Assembly: GCA_903813345.2 (NCBI GenBank)
Contig: CAIIXF020000001.1
Location: 39,122,001-39,186,000, forward strand
Source: Owenia fusiformis
Lineage: Eukaryota
Length of the DNA: 64,000 bases
Direction: 5' to 3'
Shown piece after piece: positions 28,107 to 42,181 of the stretch. The notes under the pieces are model-generated. The model did no database searches. It was not told the origin of the DNA and saw only the letters and a program-made list of their open reading frames with translations. Numbering within the stretch: the first letter of the stretch is position 1; every line of letters starts with the position of its first letter. Position numbers and translations under genes: made by a program.

Positions 28107-29565
28107 ACTAGAAAAACAGCAACTGCACGGAGTAGCAAATCTCACCGAACAAAACATATTATGCTTATTATAGCTACAGTGCTGATATATAATAATATAG
28201 GGTGCGTTTTCAAACTAAACAGAGTCTTCCTACCAAAATGAATTTGCCTACATACCCCTAAAACTCTTATCTGATAGATAGAATGCACAAATAAAACAAA
28301 AGTTTTGCTATTATAGGTAAAAAGTTCTCTTGAAATTTCGAAGTGATTTTACCTGTTAATTCTGTCCATGGTCCGCCATTTTTGCGGAAGTTACACTGAA
28401 ACGCAAACTCCATGAAACGAAACGAAATCACTAGAAAAAAGCATGGCACACATTGTGCGCATGTGCAGCAAAGTTTAGACCAATAAGATTATTTGATTAT
28501 TTTGCGCACGTGAATTATTTACTTCTGAGCACTAACAAGCTTACCACAATAAACAAACCTGGCAGAGACTACCCTTAGCCTACTTCATTTTGGCGAAATT
28601 TCAGCTCAAACTCGTGACAAATCCATTATGCATACGCTGGTGTGAAGCCTTGGAGACACTCATTTTGGTAAATATGAATTATGGGGTATACTTTTCTGCA
28701 GTTTGTGGGAGTTTGGGACATTAAATGTTAAAATTCAAGAACATATGCCAATTAAACGACTGATCAATTAATATATACCAGCACTGTAGTGTAAATGTTG
28801 AAATGTTTGTGCACTTTGTGATAGAAGCATGAAATTTGGCACAAAGTTAGTTTATACCATTGTGAACTAGGCATCATCATATAAAATTTGAACCAAATCC
28901 GTTCACTGGTATATGAGTTATCAAAGATTACGTTTTTTACGAAAATTGGCCGCCATTATGAAATTCAGCCGCCATCTTGAAAATTATTTCTTGAACAGAG
29001 CTACTGTGTCCCTAAGCATAATCATATAAAATTTCAACCAAATCTGTTCACTGGTATTTGAGTTATCAAAGATTACGTTTTTTACGAAAAATTGCCGCCA
29101 TTTTGAAATTAAGCGGCCATCTTGAAAAAATTTTATCGAACATTGCTACTGTGTCCCTAAGCATCATCATATAAAATTTGAACCAAATCCGTTCACTGGT
29201 ATTTGAGTTATCAAAGATTACATATTTTTATGAAAAATGGCCGCTTTTTTGAAATTAAGCGGCCATCTTGAAAATCTCTTTAAGTGCTAAACTCCTTTGT
29301 CCCTAGGCATCAGCATATAAAATTTGAACCAAATCCGTCAACTTGTATTTGAGTTATCAACGATTACATTTTTACGAAAAATGGTGGCCATTTTGAATTG
29401 AGTGGCCATATTGAAAATTCCTTCTCGAGCAGAGGTACTACACTCATAAGGCATAAGCCTATAAAATTTGAACCAAATCCGTCAACCGGTATTGGAGTTA
29501 TCGCCCGGACACGGACGAACGGACGGCTTCTCTATATCCCCCTCAACCTTTGTTCGGTGGGATAA
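28107..29565 (-). mobile_element. HINE-like element with a ~145-bp satellite, inserted in the LINE relic
   Basis: Same termini and satellite as 531-1441; ggacggacgaacggacgg microsatellite; no TSD seen. Confidence 0.7.
28177..28786. mobile_element. TA-flanked Tc1/mariner-type MITE; inverted copy at 50558-51019
   Basis: ta|cagtgctgata...cagcactg|ta. The internal sequence is shared in reverse with 50558-51019. Confidence 0.8.
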
Positions 29566-32256
29566 TTAGTCACAAACACCTTGGTGTTATTTTGGATCAA
29601 AAGCTTAATTCTAAGGAACATGTTAATGAGCTCACCAAGGAATTACAGACAATCTTAAATCCATTTAAACGATTAACTCACGTTCTTCATTTGAAACATT
29701 TGGAAACTATATATAATTCCTTTATTCTAAGTAAAATTGATTATGCTGATATAATTTACAATAGTGCTCCAAATATAGCTACCAGCAAACTTGAAAGGCT
29801 GCATTATAATGCAGCTTGTCTAATTTCTGGTGCTCTACATGGTTCAAACACCTATAAGGTGTTGAAGGTCTTGAAGACATTAAATATCCTAGATGCGAGT
29901 AGAAATAATCTTGATTTACGTCATTAAAATTATCTACATGTAAAATTACATCTAGAAATGTGGTTTTGAAAAGAGTTTATCAACTTTGAAAATTTCATTT
30001 TCACTATAAAACATGAAATACTTCATCTTATCCCATAGTTGAGGTCAAATCTGTAGCATAACATGTACATACATTTATGATATTTTGCAAATGCGTGGAA
30101 AAAAGCGATATCTGTGGAATACGGAGAATATTCCACAGATATCACTTTTTTCCATGGATTTGAAAACTCCCACCAATGTGACATGCATTGTTACATGGTT
30201 ACAATGTTATATGCTTACATGTTGATTTCATGACATCACAAATATGGAAATGATTATTGTTTTGGCTATAATTCAGACAAATAAAACTGAATGTTGTTGT
30301 GAAATGCTTTGGAAGGTGAACTATGGGATGATTTGACCTCAACTATGGGATAATTAGAACATCCTATGATTTTTTCGTGATATCATTTCAATTCACTCGT
30401 TAATATCAATATCTGCACTCATTCGCTACACTCACTCGATATTGATATCAACTCGTGGATAAAAATGATATCCCTCAAAATCATAGGATATCCTATACAT
30501 ATTCCTTAATAATAATCTTTTAAAACCTACATTTATGTACAATATGAATATATATTTTTCCATACATTATGATCATGAAATTTGATCTTAATATTGATTT
30601 GTTATGATATCAAGAAAAAAAGATCAAATGATGGTCTCAATCATAATGGGTGTTTCAAGCGTGTTTCTAGCATGACAGATTTTGGAATGCCATGAAGCTA
30701 TGTGGTCAATAGAAATGTTTTAATATCCATTGAGAATTAATTAATTTTTTTTTTTCAAATCCAGAAACTTGCCAGAAACTTGCGGATGTAAAAACCTCGA
30801 AATCTGAACACCTCCAAATCCGAATGCTGGTTTTAGTTGGTCCCAATGGCATTCAGATTAGAATAAGGTTTTACTGTAATTTGAAGGAGGTTCAATGCAA
30901 ATAAACCATTCTTTGGGGAAGGTCGTGAAAAATCTAAGTTAATAATTAACTGCAGTATTAGATGTTGCATTATTGTTATACAGTATGTTAATACTGTGAC
31001 AATCTTCAATCAATAAATCAACAACATACTTCACCTAACCTACAAATCATTCTGAATTATGTTGAAGGTACCAATATTTAAGTCCAATTTTATTTTCAAG
31101 TACATGTTCATATTATTCATTCTATACATGGTCTACATCTTTCAGTTTTGCACAAAGAATATAAAAATACCTAGATTATTAATAGAGTAAATTATTTATA
31201 TAATGTGTGAAAATTCAGCGACCGCTGCAACCTACCTTTTAAAAGTAATAAAAAAGTATAGGTTGCTGAATTTTTTCCTTTTTCTATATCTAGAATAATT
31301 GTGTGAAAATTCAGCGACCGCTGCAACCTACCTTTTAAAAGAAATAAAAATATAGGTTGCTGAATATTTATAGTAGCCATCAAACAAGCAGATAAACATT
31401 AATAGTATCATTTGATATAGAGTCCAAAATTATTCAGCGGTACAAATAGATCTTAACATCGTATAAAAACTCTTTTCACTGTTAATAAAGTCAAAATATT
31501 CACATTCACTAAGATGTAGCTATTAGTGCAACAGAAAGATCAATCAAAAAATATGTCCTCAAAAGCGTGCCTTTTATCGTATAGGTCGGGTCTGTATCTT
31601 TAAGTCTCTACCTGTTGATGTATTTATTAGCAATGTCACTTTGACCTGACTGGCGTATACCATACAATATAAACCAATGTGAGCAGACTTGTTATTTGAT
31701 GTGACCCAGCTATAGCAAATGTAATAAGCCTTGTGTGATCATTCGACTTGTATTCATTTGATCTAGCTAGGAATTTCATATGACCCGAAGGAATACATTT
31801 CTTGACAGTATGACAATGTATGCCTATATGCTATAATATTCCTGGTGGCATTCTGGATTCTCATCATAAATGTTAATTGTAATCAGCTTTAATGACAAAA
31901 TAAAATGTATGATACAATGATCCCAGACAAGAACAGCATGTTTAAGGCCAGGGTGCATGTTCGTTTTCTGCATTCCTCAATTGAGTCACATGTTATTTTT
32001 CAAACTCCTTCCACACATTGTCTACATCTCCCAGTTTTGACAAAGACTCTACTTATGTGCCTAGAAAAGACTGGTGAGAAGATTTATTTTGCAAAATGTA
32101 TGAAAAAACGAGAAAATTCAGTGAAAAGAATTTCTGAACATTTTCAGAATTTTTTCACTGAATTTTCTCGTTTTTTATACATTTTATCAAAACATTCTTC
32201 TTTGCATTCTTCTAAGGTACCTTAGTGCACTTGTTGTGCAAAAGTGACAGATGTAG

Positions 32257-32640
32257 AGTCCATTTCACTGCTTCAGTTCGTCAGTAGAACGGCAAAAATA
32301 AGAAATTGGGAGACCATTGTGCAATAATATGTGGAAAAGTATATTCATAATGTACATGAATGACATTTGTATATCTTGGATTGCTTCTAGTTTGGCTAAT
32401 AAAGTGTGTGGCCTCTTATATTTGGATGTTTCTCTGCCATGTTATTTTCAATAAGATTAACATGGCTGAAATTCTTTAAATTACAAGACGACACAGGCTT
32501 ATTGCACAAAAAACTAAAAAATCTGAAATAAACAAATCATGTACATTATGAATATACTTTTCCATATATTATTGCACAATGGTCTCCCAATTTCTTATTT
32601 TTGCCGTTCTACTGACGAACTGAAGCAGTGAAATGGACTT
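32257..32640. mobile_element. MITE with ~100-bp near-perfect TIRs, nested in an older foldback (~31945-32735)
   Basis: agtccatttcactgcttcagttcgtcagtagaacggc...aatgtacatga is mirrored at ~32538-32639. Confidence 0.85.
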
Positions 32641-32751
32641 TAGACACTGTGGGGAATGAGTGATTCAAATTTGAAAAATAACATGTGACTCAATTGAGGA
32701 ATGCAGAAAAATTCCGAACATGCACCCTGACCTTAAAATTAAACCATGATA

Positions 32752-33254
32752 CAGGGCTTGCATTAACGGCGTCCCGTACATGTTAAGGACTCAAAAATAA
32801 TTTGGAGGACGCAAAAATTGAAAATATTTAAAATCTTTTAGGTCAATACTACAATGTGTTTACAACGATACCTAACAAAAACAAATAATTATGATCTCTC
32901 TCACCTTTTTTGAATCGTAAATAAGGCTCAACATGTTGAATATTTACAAATAATCATGATTCTCTCGAATTTTTTCGACTTTGTTTATTTTTAGATTTGA
33001 AACCATGACACGCCACAGTTTTCCTATTCAGAAACAAATATTAGGTTATTCATGAAATAAAATGTATTCATTGTCGAATGAACGAACATGCATTTATTCT
33101 GTCCGTACTTAACGTTTATTTCTGTTTTAAATTCGCGGCAAGATTAATTAACTTCAAGGTGTTTTGGTAAAAAATGCTTTTTTCAAAGGACACACTTTTT
33201 TAAAAAAATTGCGTCCTTGGGACTCACAAATTTTCTAACCTAATGCAAGCGCTG
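32752..33254. mobile_element. hAT-like non-autonomous element with a 6-bp TSD
   Basis: TIR cagggcttgcatta / taatgcaagcgctg; TSD atgata on both sides. Confidence 0.8.
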
Positions 33255-34134
33255 ATGATACCATCAGCATCATGAAATACCATGGTTGATCATAATCAGC
33301 CATTGTCAGCAATGCAATCAACAATCAACAATCAACTCTGACCATGATGGCAATGATCATTTTTTGTAAGGTATTTCATGGTCAAAATTGACTATCAAAT
33401 TCAGATGCACCATGGTATTTCATTGCCAAAATCATGACTCATCTATCATGGTATAGCCATGATGTTTCATTGCTAAGGACGTAACCTTCGCATCTAAGAT
33501 GAGCGAATGGTAAAAATTGATTTCAATAATTTAAGTTTTCGTAGAATCAAAAGACCTTATAGTTGACATAGTGCTTCGATATTTGAACTAGATCATGGCT
33601 AAATGACATGGAAACGATCTGGAGCATGATCACTACCATGCGTAGGCTATCAAATAGAAGATGCCTGGGAAGGTGGTAATAATTAGATAACCAAACTTAA
33701 TTAATGCTTCTGATATTCATCAAAATCAATACATTGACCATGGTATACCATGGTTGTTAAATGGCACCATTTCATTTAATGGTCAACAGCAAAAAACAGT
33801 ATTTCAGGCTTTAAGCATTATTGTCTATCAAAAAAAAATCATTTTTCCGTATTCTTAATGTTTTTTACTCAAAATAAAGTAATAAAACTCATAGATTTTC
33901 ATCTTTACATATACTTCAAATATCTTAAGTAATAAAAAAGATAAATTACTGAAAGACTGCCAAAATCTGAACTCAAATCGTTATAAGTCCAAAAAACAAA
34001 AATAATGCATGATTTGCATGAATTTGTCATCATGCATGCAAAATTGATGAGTGATTTCAATTCCTCTAGCAAATGCGTGATAAACATTGGTAATGCGTGA
34101 GGGTTGGCAGGGCAGCACAAAAGTCATGTGATCA

Positions 34135-35320
34135 CTGTACTCCAGTAAAAACATCAAAAATGAATGAAAAAAATTGCACTATTTATAAAACCTAGTGCAA
34201 CAAATGCATATTGATGAGTTAAAAGACATATCAAAAATCTAGAAAAATCAAAGTAGTGGAAAATATATAAAAATCATTATTTGTACCCCCCGGACTTATT
34301 TTATGAGGGGGTACTATGATAAACATTTATATTTACTGATATGTTCCTCCAATCACATTCAAATTTTCGGGAATCATGCAACCATATATAGTTAGTTGTC
34401 ATGAAAAGTTTGATCTTGATTGGTCAATTGGTTACCATGACAATTTGATAGCAAAATATTGTAAATATTAAGGATAAATCCACTGTTTCCCTCCAAACAG
34501 ATAGTAGCTTGTCATTTTTAATTTTTCAAAATAAATCCAAAGTTGAGCTTATAAAAGATGGGGTTGAATAATATTCCATGATATAAAATAAGTGTTTTCA
34601 TAGCTACACTATTTGCGTTTATTATGCTCTGTTACTATGGTAACCCCTCGACCAATCATGTACAGACTCACCATATTAAAGAATAACATCAGTATCCATG
34701 AGCCCTATAAATATAACTGTGAATGATTCTGAAAGAATGAGATTTTTAGGAAATTATGACCAAAAAGTGCCACACCCACTTTTGACTAGATAGAGTGGTA
34801 GTCATCTCATAGAATAGAGTCCAGAGTCAAAGATATCATATAATTCATCATATTATCATGTTATCTTATTACATACTCCCCAAATATGTTTTTAGGGTAG
34901 CTTAATGTTCATTTTTAAATGATTTGAAGAGAAATGGCAACATCTGTTATTATAGGAAGTTTCGGATTTACCTGAAATATTAAAGATTTTGAGCAATAAA
35001 ATTGTGTTGCTATGGTAACCAATTGACCAATTAATATCAAAGTTGCCGTGACAACTAACTATATATAGGAACATGATCCCTGAAGATTTTATTGTGATTG
35101 GAGTTATATATCAGAAATTATTACTGTTTATCATAGTACCCCCTCATAAAAATACCCCAGGGGGTATAAATGGTCATTTTAAAGTTTTCCACTACTTAGA
35201 TTTTTCTAGATTTTTGATATGTTGTTTTACTTACCAACGGCTATCTCTTACACTAGGTTTACCCTGTAGTGCAATTTTTTCATTTATATGTGATTTTACA
35301 GCGATTTTACTAGAGTACTG
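34135..35320. mobile_element. Non-autonomous DNA element with long (~320 bp) diverged TIRs
   Basis: 34135-34450 pairs with ~35000-35320 (e.g. atatcaaaaatctagaaaaatc / gatttttctagatttttgatat; ggggtactatgataaaca / tgtttatcatagtacccc). Confidence 0.7.
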
Positions 35321-36842
35321 TTAAGTAATAGTGGTTTGATCGTTATTTGAACTTCAGAATGACAATTTTAATTTATGTAGCCACACTCGCTAATTCACAC
35401 ATAGCTAGGCAAGGTGTGTCTGATTCCAGCCAATCCAAACAGAGTATTCAAATAATGAACAGTGTGTGAAATATCAATAACACATGCAAGGTCACTAGTT
35501 AAACAGTTGTCATGGTAATGAATGTATTTTTCACATTGGATACGATGACTTGCCAACTTGACCCTTGCAAAAAATGTCATTGAAAATGTGTTCTTTTAGT
35601 GATTTGGTTCCTTTTAGATGATTTTATAGAAAAAATTGCAATGTGTGAAAAGAATTCAAGCCCAAGACTCAAAGCATTGTAGCTGCTTCATTCCACTCAG
35701 GCTATGTTTCCTAAACTGCTTTCCCGATCCGCAGTCATGCAAAGGTTTGGAAACAACACCTTCATAGTATGATTCAGCAAACAATGCATTGAGTCTTGGG
35801 GCTTAAATCCTTTAACATTATGAACTGAGTAGGGGATAATACTTTTGAAAGACAGTGGGTGAATAAGGTGGGTGAAAAAAATAATGGGAATAGAGATAAA
35901 TGCAGATGATTAGTGTAATGAGAAAAGGATGACAATCAAAAGAAATGATGGCTTGGAGACAAAAGGGTCAGAACTAGTTAAGGGATACTTTTAAATGGTG
36001 ATTATGTTTAAATGGCTCATGTACTATTTGATCTGCTTTGAAAAAGTACATTTAATTGTCAAAAAACGTAAAAACGAGTGTTCAAGGGGTCTGGGTAGGG
36101 TTCTCACCCCAGAAACTTGGAGTGTACTTGCAACCATTTGGTATGTCTGTACGTACCAGGCGCTACGCCTATGAATTAATAGACTAAAAACAAAAAAACA
36201 AACAATTCTGAGACAACAAGGCAAGAGAAATATATAAAAAAAGATAAGATCCTGAAAGATTTGAAAAGCAAAAAAAAGATATGCAAATGATACAATCTCA
36301 AATTAAATATTTCATTCAAAATATATATTTTTCTTAATTCTAAATAATATCCTTATATGGTAGCAGTGATCTCCCCAGCATTAAAGCAAGTGGGCGCAGA
36401 ACCCACCTGAGATTTTGATTATTGGCTTGCACCCACCTGAGAATCTATTTGCACCCACTTGAAAATAAGAAAAATCATAAAAACTGGCATATTTTGACCA
36501 ATTTTGGTCCGAATTGTGAAAATTTAAATTTTGAGAAAAAATCCTGTGGAGATTACTGCTACCATAGTAGAGATTTTTATAAATTTTATGGTTACCATTT
36601 TTATTATTTGGGAGAATTTAAACAATTTTGGCACTTTGAATCTTTCATAACTTCACCAATTTGTAACATATCGTGGATCTTTTGGGAAATCTTGAGATTG
36701 GAAGGAATATATTGTTAGGTCAACTGTACATATTGCTTGCTGTTGCTCACAACCCCCTATGCATATTTAAATGTTTTCTTTTTACCAAAAACTTATAAGA
36801 GACAGAGTACTTTTTAAAATATTCAGCTACTTTATCAATGTC

Positions 36843-37660
36843 AAACAAGGCATTAATGTGACAAAATGTCACCACCTAGTTGCTCACAATATTATGAGTT
36901 CAATCTTAAATCAGGTTTGAATTTCCGAGAACTAATAATTATATATATTATTTATATAATAGCTAAGTTTATATAATTTTGAAAAAAATTGGTCAATTTG
37001 AGGCAAGTTGAAAACAGACCTTTTTGACCTTTTTTACCTTGAGAAGGTCATTGAAGGTCAAGTCTTAAATCTAAAAATCAGATTTGAATTTCTGAGAACT
37101 TATGGATGATTTTGAAAGAAAAATTTGGTCATTTTGAAAAACTTTTTGAGCTTTTTGACCTTGAAAAGGTCATTGAAGACCAAATCTCAAATCTAAAGTC
37201 AGATTTGAACTTCTAAGAACTTGTAAATGATTGTGAATTTTTTTTATCAATTTGACGCAAGTTGAAAATACTTTTTTTTACCTTTTTTACCTTGAGAAGG
37301 TCAATGAAGTCAAATCTTAAGTCTAAAGTAATTTGAACTTCTGAGAACTTGTAAATGATATTGAAAAAAAATTAATCAATTTGAGGCAAGTTGAAAAAAG
37401 ACCTTTTTGACCTTTTTTTACCTTGAGAAGGTCATTGAAGGTCAAATATCAAATCTAAAGTAAGATTTGAACTTCTGAAAACATATAGATGATTTTGAAA
37501 AATATTGAAGTTTGTCTAAACAGTATTTAAAAAAGTTACTGGAAGTTGTAAGAATTTGTTAGATGCCAACTGTCACCCGCCGGATGCCAACTGCCACCCG
37601 CAATAAAAAAAAACGGAGTCTATAACAATATGTCATCACTTTTTGGTGGTGACATAAAAA
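36843..37660 (-). mobile_element. HINE-like element with a ~120-135-bp satellite; related pieces near 7677-7832, 8525-8610, 19522-19850 and 61806-62050
   Basis: Starts aacaaggcattaatgtgacaaaatgtcaccacctagttgctcac and ends with the hairpin atgtcatcactttttggtggtgacataaaa. Repeated tcagatttgaacttctgagaac units. Confidence 0.65.
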
Positions 37661-39769
37661 AAACTAAATGTTTACCTGGTTATACAAGATATCAACTGAA
37701 TAAACATGAACACAAAATTGACTGAATTCGGAAGTCCTAGACGTTTACATTTTACGCTCATGTCCCATGTCTCACTGGTCAGCATCAACCAAAGGTAACG
37801 GCTGTAACCTTCATATCTAAAGATGGTAAACTGTAATTGTCAATTTCAATATGTTTAGTTTTGCTAGAATTAAACTTCTTTATAATTTATGTTATATGCT
37901 TTGATTTGAACCAAATCAGGCTTATATGACATGGAAACTCTGGAGTATGATTACTGTATTTCTTCATATATCATGCGTTGAGGCCACAGGTCAAGTATAT
38001 CTTCCTCCACTTAGAGAAGGTAACTGGGATTTGGGTTTTACAGATTATAAAATCTCAGTTACCTTCCCTTAAGCGGTGGAAGATATCACTGAACTGGGGT
38101 ACTTAAACATGTGACCGAATGGTCATACTCCAGAGCTTCCATGTCATATGAGCCTGATCTAGGTCAAATATCAAAGCATTATGTCAACTATAATCAGAGC
38201 TGTCAAGTGTCCCGCGAATGGCAGGTTTATCCCAAAAATTTGATCAAAATTAGGCTTATTTGCGTGTCCCGCAATGTCCCGCAAGGTCCAGCGAATGTCG
38301 GCTTTGACCTCCGCAAATTCCAAAAATTGTTGAAATCCCCTAGGCTAATATTGTGATTATCTTGTGATATAAGATCAGCTAAGTTTTTTTGCACGTTTGG
38401 GGAGTAAAGTTTACTTAATTTGAAAAGTGCTGCCAAACTCCCAGTGCATCAGATCAGCAAAGACTGCTTTTGGAAAGAGCTCTTGCTTTTGGAGGAATTA
38501 CTGATCGTTTTTTGTTCAGTGTCCTACAGTACCACAAAAGTTGATTACGTAGCACATAATCTCGAAACTTCATCTAATAGTATTACAATATTTGTGTGCG
38601 TTGCACTGAATTTTGTAAACACTAATTTGTTATTAAAACCTGTATGCGTTACTTACTCTTCCCCAATGCTTTTATTTTTTATGAAGTTAATGTAAACGAG
38701 ACTAGAGACCTGGGACTAGAGAACGCAAGATAATCTTTACAATGGTGTGACAAGATATAACGGAAACTACGTAATAACATTCCTAAGCGAATTGTGTGAA
38801 ATTGTGTTGACGTTTATTAAGTAAAGTGCAATATTTGATAATCTGTATCTGAAAGTTTGATTCTAATTGAAAGCCCATGCTTTTACGTAAGTCCATGGGC
38901 TCTATCAGAGCCCATGGTAAGTCACAATCACGCAAATCCCTTGAATGTCCCGTGACATCCCGCAAATTTAGGTGGATGTCCCGTGAAATCCCGTAAATTT
39001 AGGGCACTTTGTCTCAAAAATCTGTCCCTCTATGAAGTCTTTGGTGGTTACCCTGTTATCTGCCCCACAATAAGAATCTAGATCTAGCGTATTTGTCGCT
39101 CGAATGGTCCAACACCAACCGCTGAACACCACCCAGGAACATCGTCCACAAAAGTGTTGGAAACCCACTGACAGCACCATCTATCAAATACTTAATATAA
39201 TATACTATTCTAATAACTAAATTATGAATGATAGACTTGTGCTCATGGAGACCAAACCACAATAGTATAGTTTCCATATAGCTTTTGAAATCTCGCTAAA
39301 TCTCGTTTTTCGTGAGATTTTAAGAGACTTGCATATTAGACCTCTAATGACTTACATTACCTTCTTTTAAATGGTATATTTGAATTCAGTGGAATGTTTT
39401 CTCCTAAAATAGCTTTGATTTACACAGTTATGTAATTTGAATAATTTTCTATGACAATTTAAAAAAAGTTGGGCCAAATGTCCATAGATGCAATGCTAAA
39501 ATTCTTTAAAACCGTGGATTATTTGTATGTCAATCAACATTAGCATGTTTAATCACAACATGTTCATAAACAGGGTCATCATGTGGTATATCATTCAAGT
39601 TTTATACAGATTCAACAAACACACTTTGATAAATCATGAAATTAAGCCACTTTTCCAAGATTTTAGCATGTAAGTGAATGGAGCTCTAGCCAGAGTTAAA
39701 AGCTGAATAAAAGATGGCAGCACAAGATTTCATTGATTTTTCTGCTATTTAGAAACTATCCTATTGTGC

Positions 39770-40610
39770 CACATGCTATCTATTGCAAGACTTACGCCTG
39801 CCACAACCGTCACCATGTTAATCAGTGTTTTTTAAGTAGCGCAAGGATCCTGCCATGACCGTGGTAGTGTTATCGTGTAAGCCTGGTATAACCGTGACAG
39901 GCTGGTATAACCGTGACAATGCTGTATTCTATTGCAAGGCCTGTCATGACCCTGGAAGTGTTATCGTGGAAGCCTGGCGCGACCGTAGCCTTTATTGTGG
40001 TTTATATGCGAATGTGAATATTAATGTATAGTAGTAATTTTGATTTTGACATGATTAAGGTAGTTAAACACCATGATCATAGTATTAAACTGTTTAATTG
40101 TAATGAGGATCACCTAAAATTGTTAAGGATATTCCTGGCATTAATGTCATACATATTTACTAGTCATTGCAATACATTATAACGGTCATAGTAGAACTAA
40201 GTCTAAATCTCTACATTACCACCCTCATACCTGGCCTTGCAATACTATATTACATTGTCACGGTCATACCAGGCTTTGCGATCCCATAATACATTGTCAT
40301 GATCATGCCAGGTTTTGAAATACACATTGTCACGGTCAATTATAGCAATCGTAAATTTCTACATCACCACTCTCATACCCGAACTTGGAATACTATATCA
40401 CATTGCCAATGCCAAGCCTTGCAGAACTATATTACATTGTCACGGTCATGGCAGGCATTGCAATATAATACAGCATTGTCGCGGTTATACCAGGCTTTCA
40501 TGATAACATTACCACGGTCATGGCAGGATCCTTGCGCTACTTAAAAAACCCTGAATAACAAACATGGTGACGGTTACGCCAAGCGTTAGTCTTGCAACAG
40601 ATAGGGTCTC
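39770..40610. mobile_element. Foldback DNA element with long TIRs of tandem catgaccgtg modules (copy 1)
   Basis: TIR ctatctattgcaagacttacgcc / gcgttagtcttgcaacagatag. tattgtgc occurs at 39762-39769 and again at 40615-40622. Homologous to 48771-49688. Confidence 0.8.
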
Positions 40611-40725
40611 AATATATTGTGCTGATGACATAAAAATCAAAAATTTGATTTGAATATTGAATAGATTGACCTACCTTGTCATTTCAAGCTATATATTCTA
40701 GGCCTAAGCTTAAGAGTTCACTTAC

Positions 40726-40925
40726 CCAATGCTTTAAATTATGCTATTCGAAGTAAGCCGCTCGCAGAAGCGTGATCCATAAAAACAACATCGTCTCATC
40801 ACACCAAGACAAGTGACCTTGAACCCGCTAGTTTATGTTTTTCGTTCAGTGTAATTCTGCGAACTCGCTAGGCCTCAGAACGTGATCACAAAATATTAGT
40901 CTCCAATACTACGAACCCTCTCCGG
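40726..40925. promoter_or_regulatory. Candidate bidirectional promoter / divergent first exons
   Basis: Non-repetitive, CpG-enriched 200 bp bounded by consensus splice donors pointing outward: minus-strand GG|GTAAGT at 40725 and plus-strand GG|GTAAGT at 40926. Confidence 0.35.
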
Positions 40926-41283
40926 GTAAGTCTTCATTTTGATTATATATACTTTAAGTTGGCTAAGGGAGATGAACAGGTTAGGATTCAGCCCCGTAGC
41001 CAGGATTTACCTGGGGGGGAGCGGTTATACCAAGGCTTTTGGGGGAGCTGTTTGTTTGACAGTTTTTGCCAAAAAATCATGTGAAAAGTGCTCAGAATCA
41101 AAGGCCACGGGAAAAGTAATAGATCTAGTAAGCTGTCTCTTCTATATACACTTATTATTACTTTTCCCTTGGCCTATGCTCAGAATGGTGAAAAACTGCA
41201 TGATTTTTGAAAGAATTTCTGGCCAGGGTTAGTCATATAAATCCGACCGTTAGTATGCTGTTCTTTGATATTCCTAGTTCTTA

Positions 41284-42181
41284 TGTTACGTTCGAAAATA
41301 ACAGAAAGTAAAAACAGCAATTAAAATATGATAACAATATATTTATATTTTGAAAAACTAAATAATATAACAATAATATAAAGGAGGTTTAATACTTAAG
41401 TGATGTCCAATCAATGATACGACTTATTCTTGATGTCGATAAATGTTGTTGACGATCCTTGAGAAAGTTCCAGATCACGAAATGTTTCAATAATCGTTAA
41501 TAGTTCTCCAATGTTTGTAATAATCCAATAATGTTTGTTGTAATCCTATAATGTTCGTATCCAATAATGTTTGATGATAATCCACAAATGTTTATGATAA
41601 TCCACGAATGTATATGATAATCCGTATATTGTGTGTGTTGTAATATATGTCCATATAAAGTCCTCAGGTTGTATGTTTACACTGTTATAAATGTTCCCAA
41701 AGTAGGTGTCTGTAATTTTCTGCTAAGAAGATGTCCTTTTGATAGACTTTGAAATTCTGCTTTATTTAGTTCCTTTGAGATGTCCAGTTATGATGACTTA
41801 ATTATCTGCTACAGAGTAGATGTCCAGTTATGATGACTTAATTTATCTGCTGCTGAGAGCCACTGTGCAGTTCCTTTTATAATGTGAAAGAATTATCCAG
41901 AAATGAATCTTCCGGAACTACATCTTGATTGGACATCTTTAGTGACATGATTAAATTTTAATGAATGGTTATAATTTCTAGAACTCTCTGGATGGTCAAG
42001 GGTTAATGAGTCATTCAGTTTAGTTTTGTTTACAAGATACAGTGTATAATGTCATTGTGACCTTGACCTAAGATCTCTAATAAAGAATAGCTCAACATAT
42101 ACAACAAGCATAGATTACAAATTAAAAAACTATAGGTGAATATAGTAGAATATAATATACATGTAGCTCACTACTGTAACA
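41284..42181 (-). repeat. 3' LTR (898 bp)
   Basis: tgttac...gtaaca termini. No differences from 45661-46558 were seen by eye. Preceded on the minus strand by the PPT aaggagggagg (42182-42192). Confidence 0.95.

Larger units (their letters stand above)
27600..29930 (+). mobile_element. Old CR1/L2-type LINE RT relic split by nested insertions
   Basis: KVLEKIIYDRIFNHMIQNNLFYSFQSGF and RTIFLDLASAFD lie on the left. LYLGDDPIPKT (ending ~28106) joins SHKHLGVILDQKL...IYNSFILSKIDYA (from ~29568). Confidence 0.8.

Noticed and set aside
31204..31366. Tandem duplicated ~65-bp hairpin
   Set aside because: A local duplication with no evidence for a structured RNA family.
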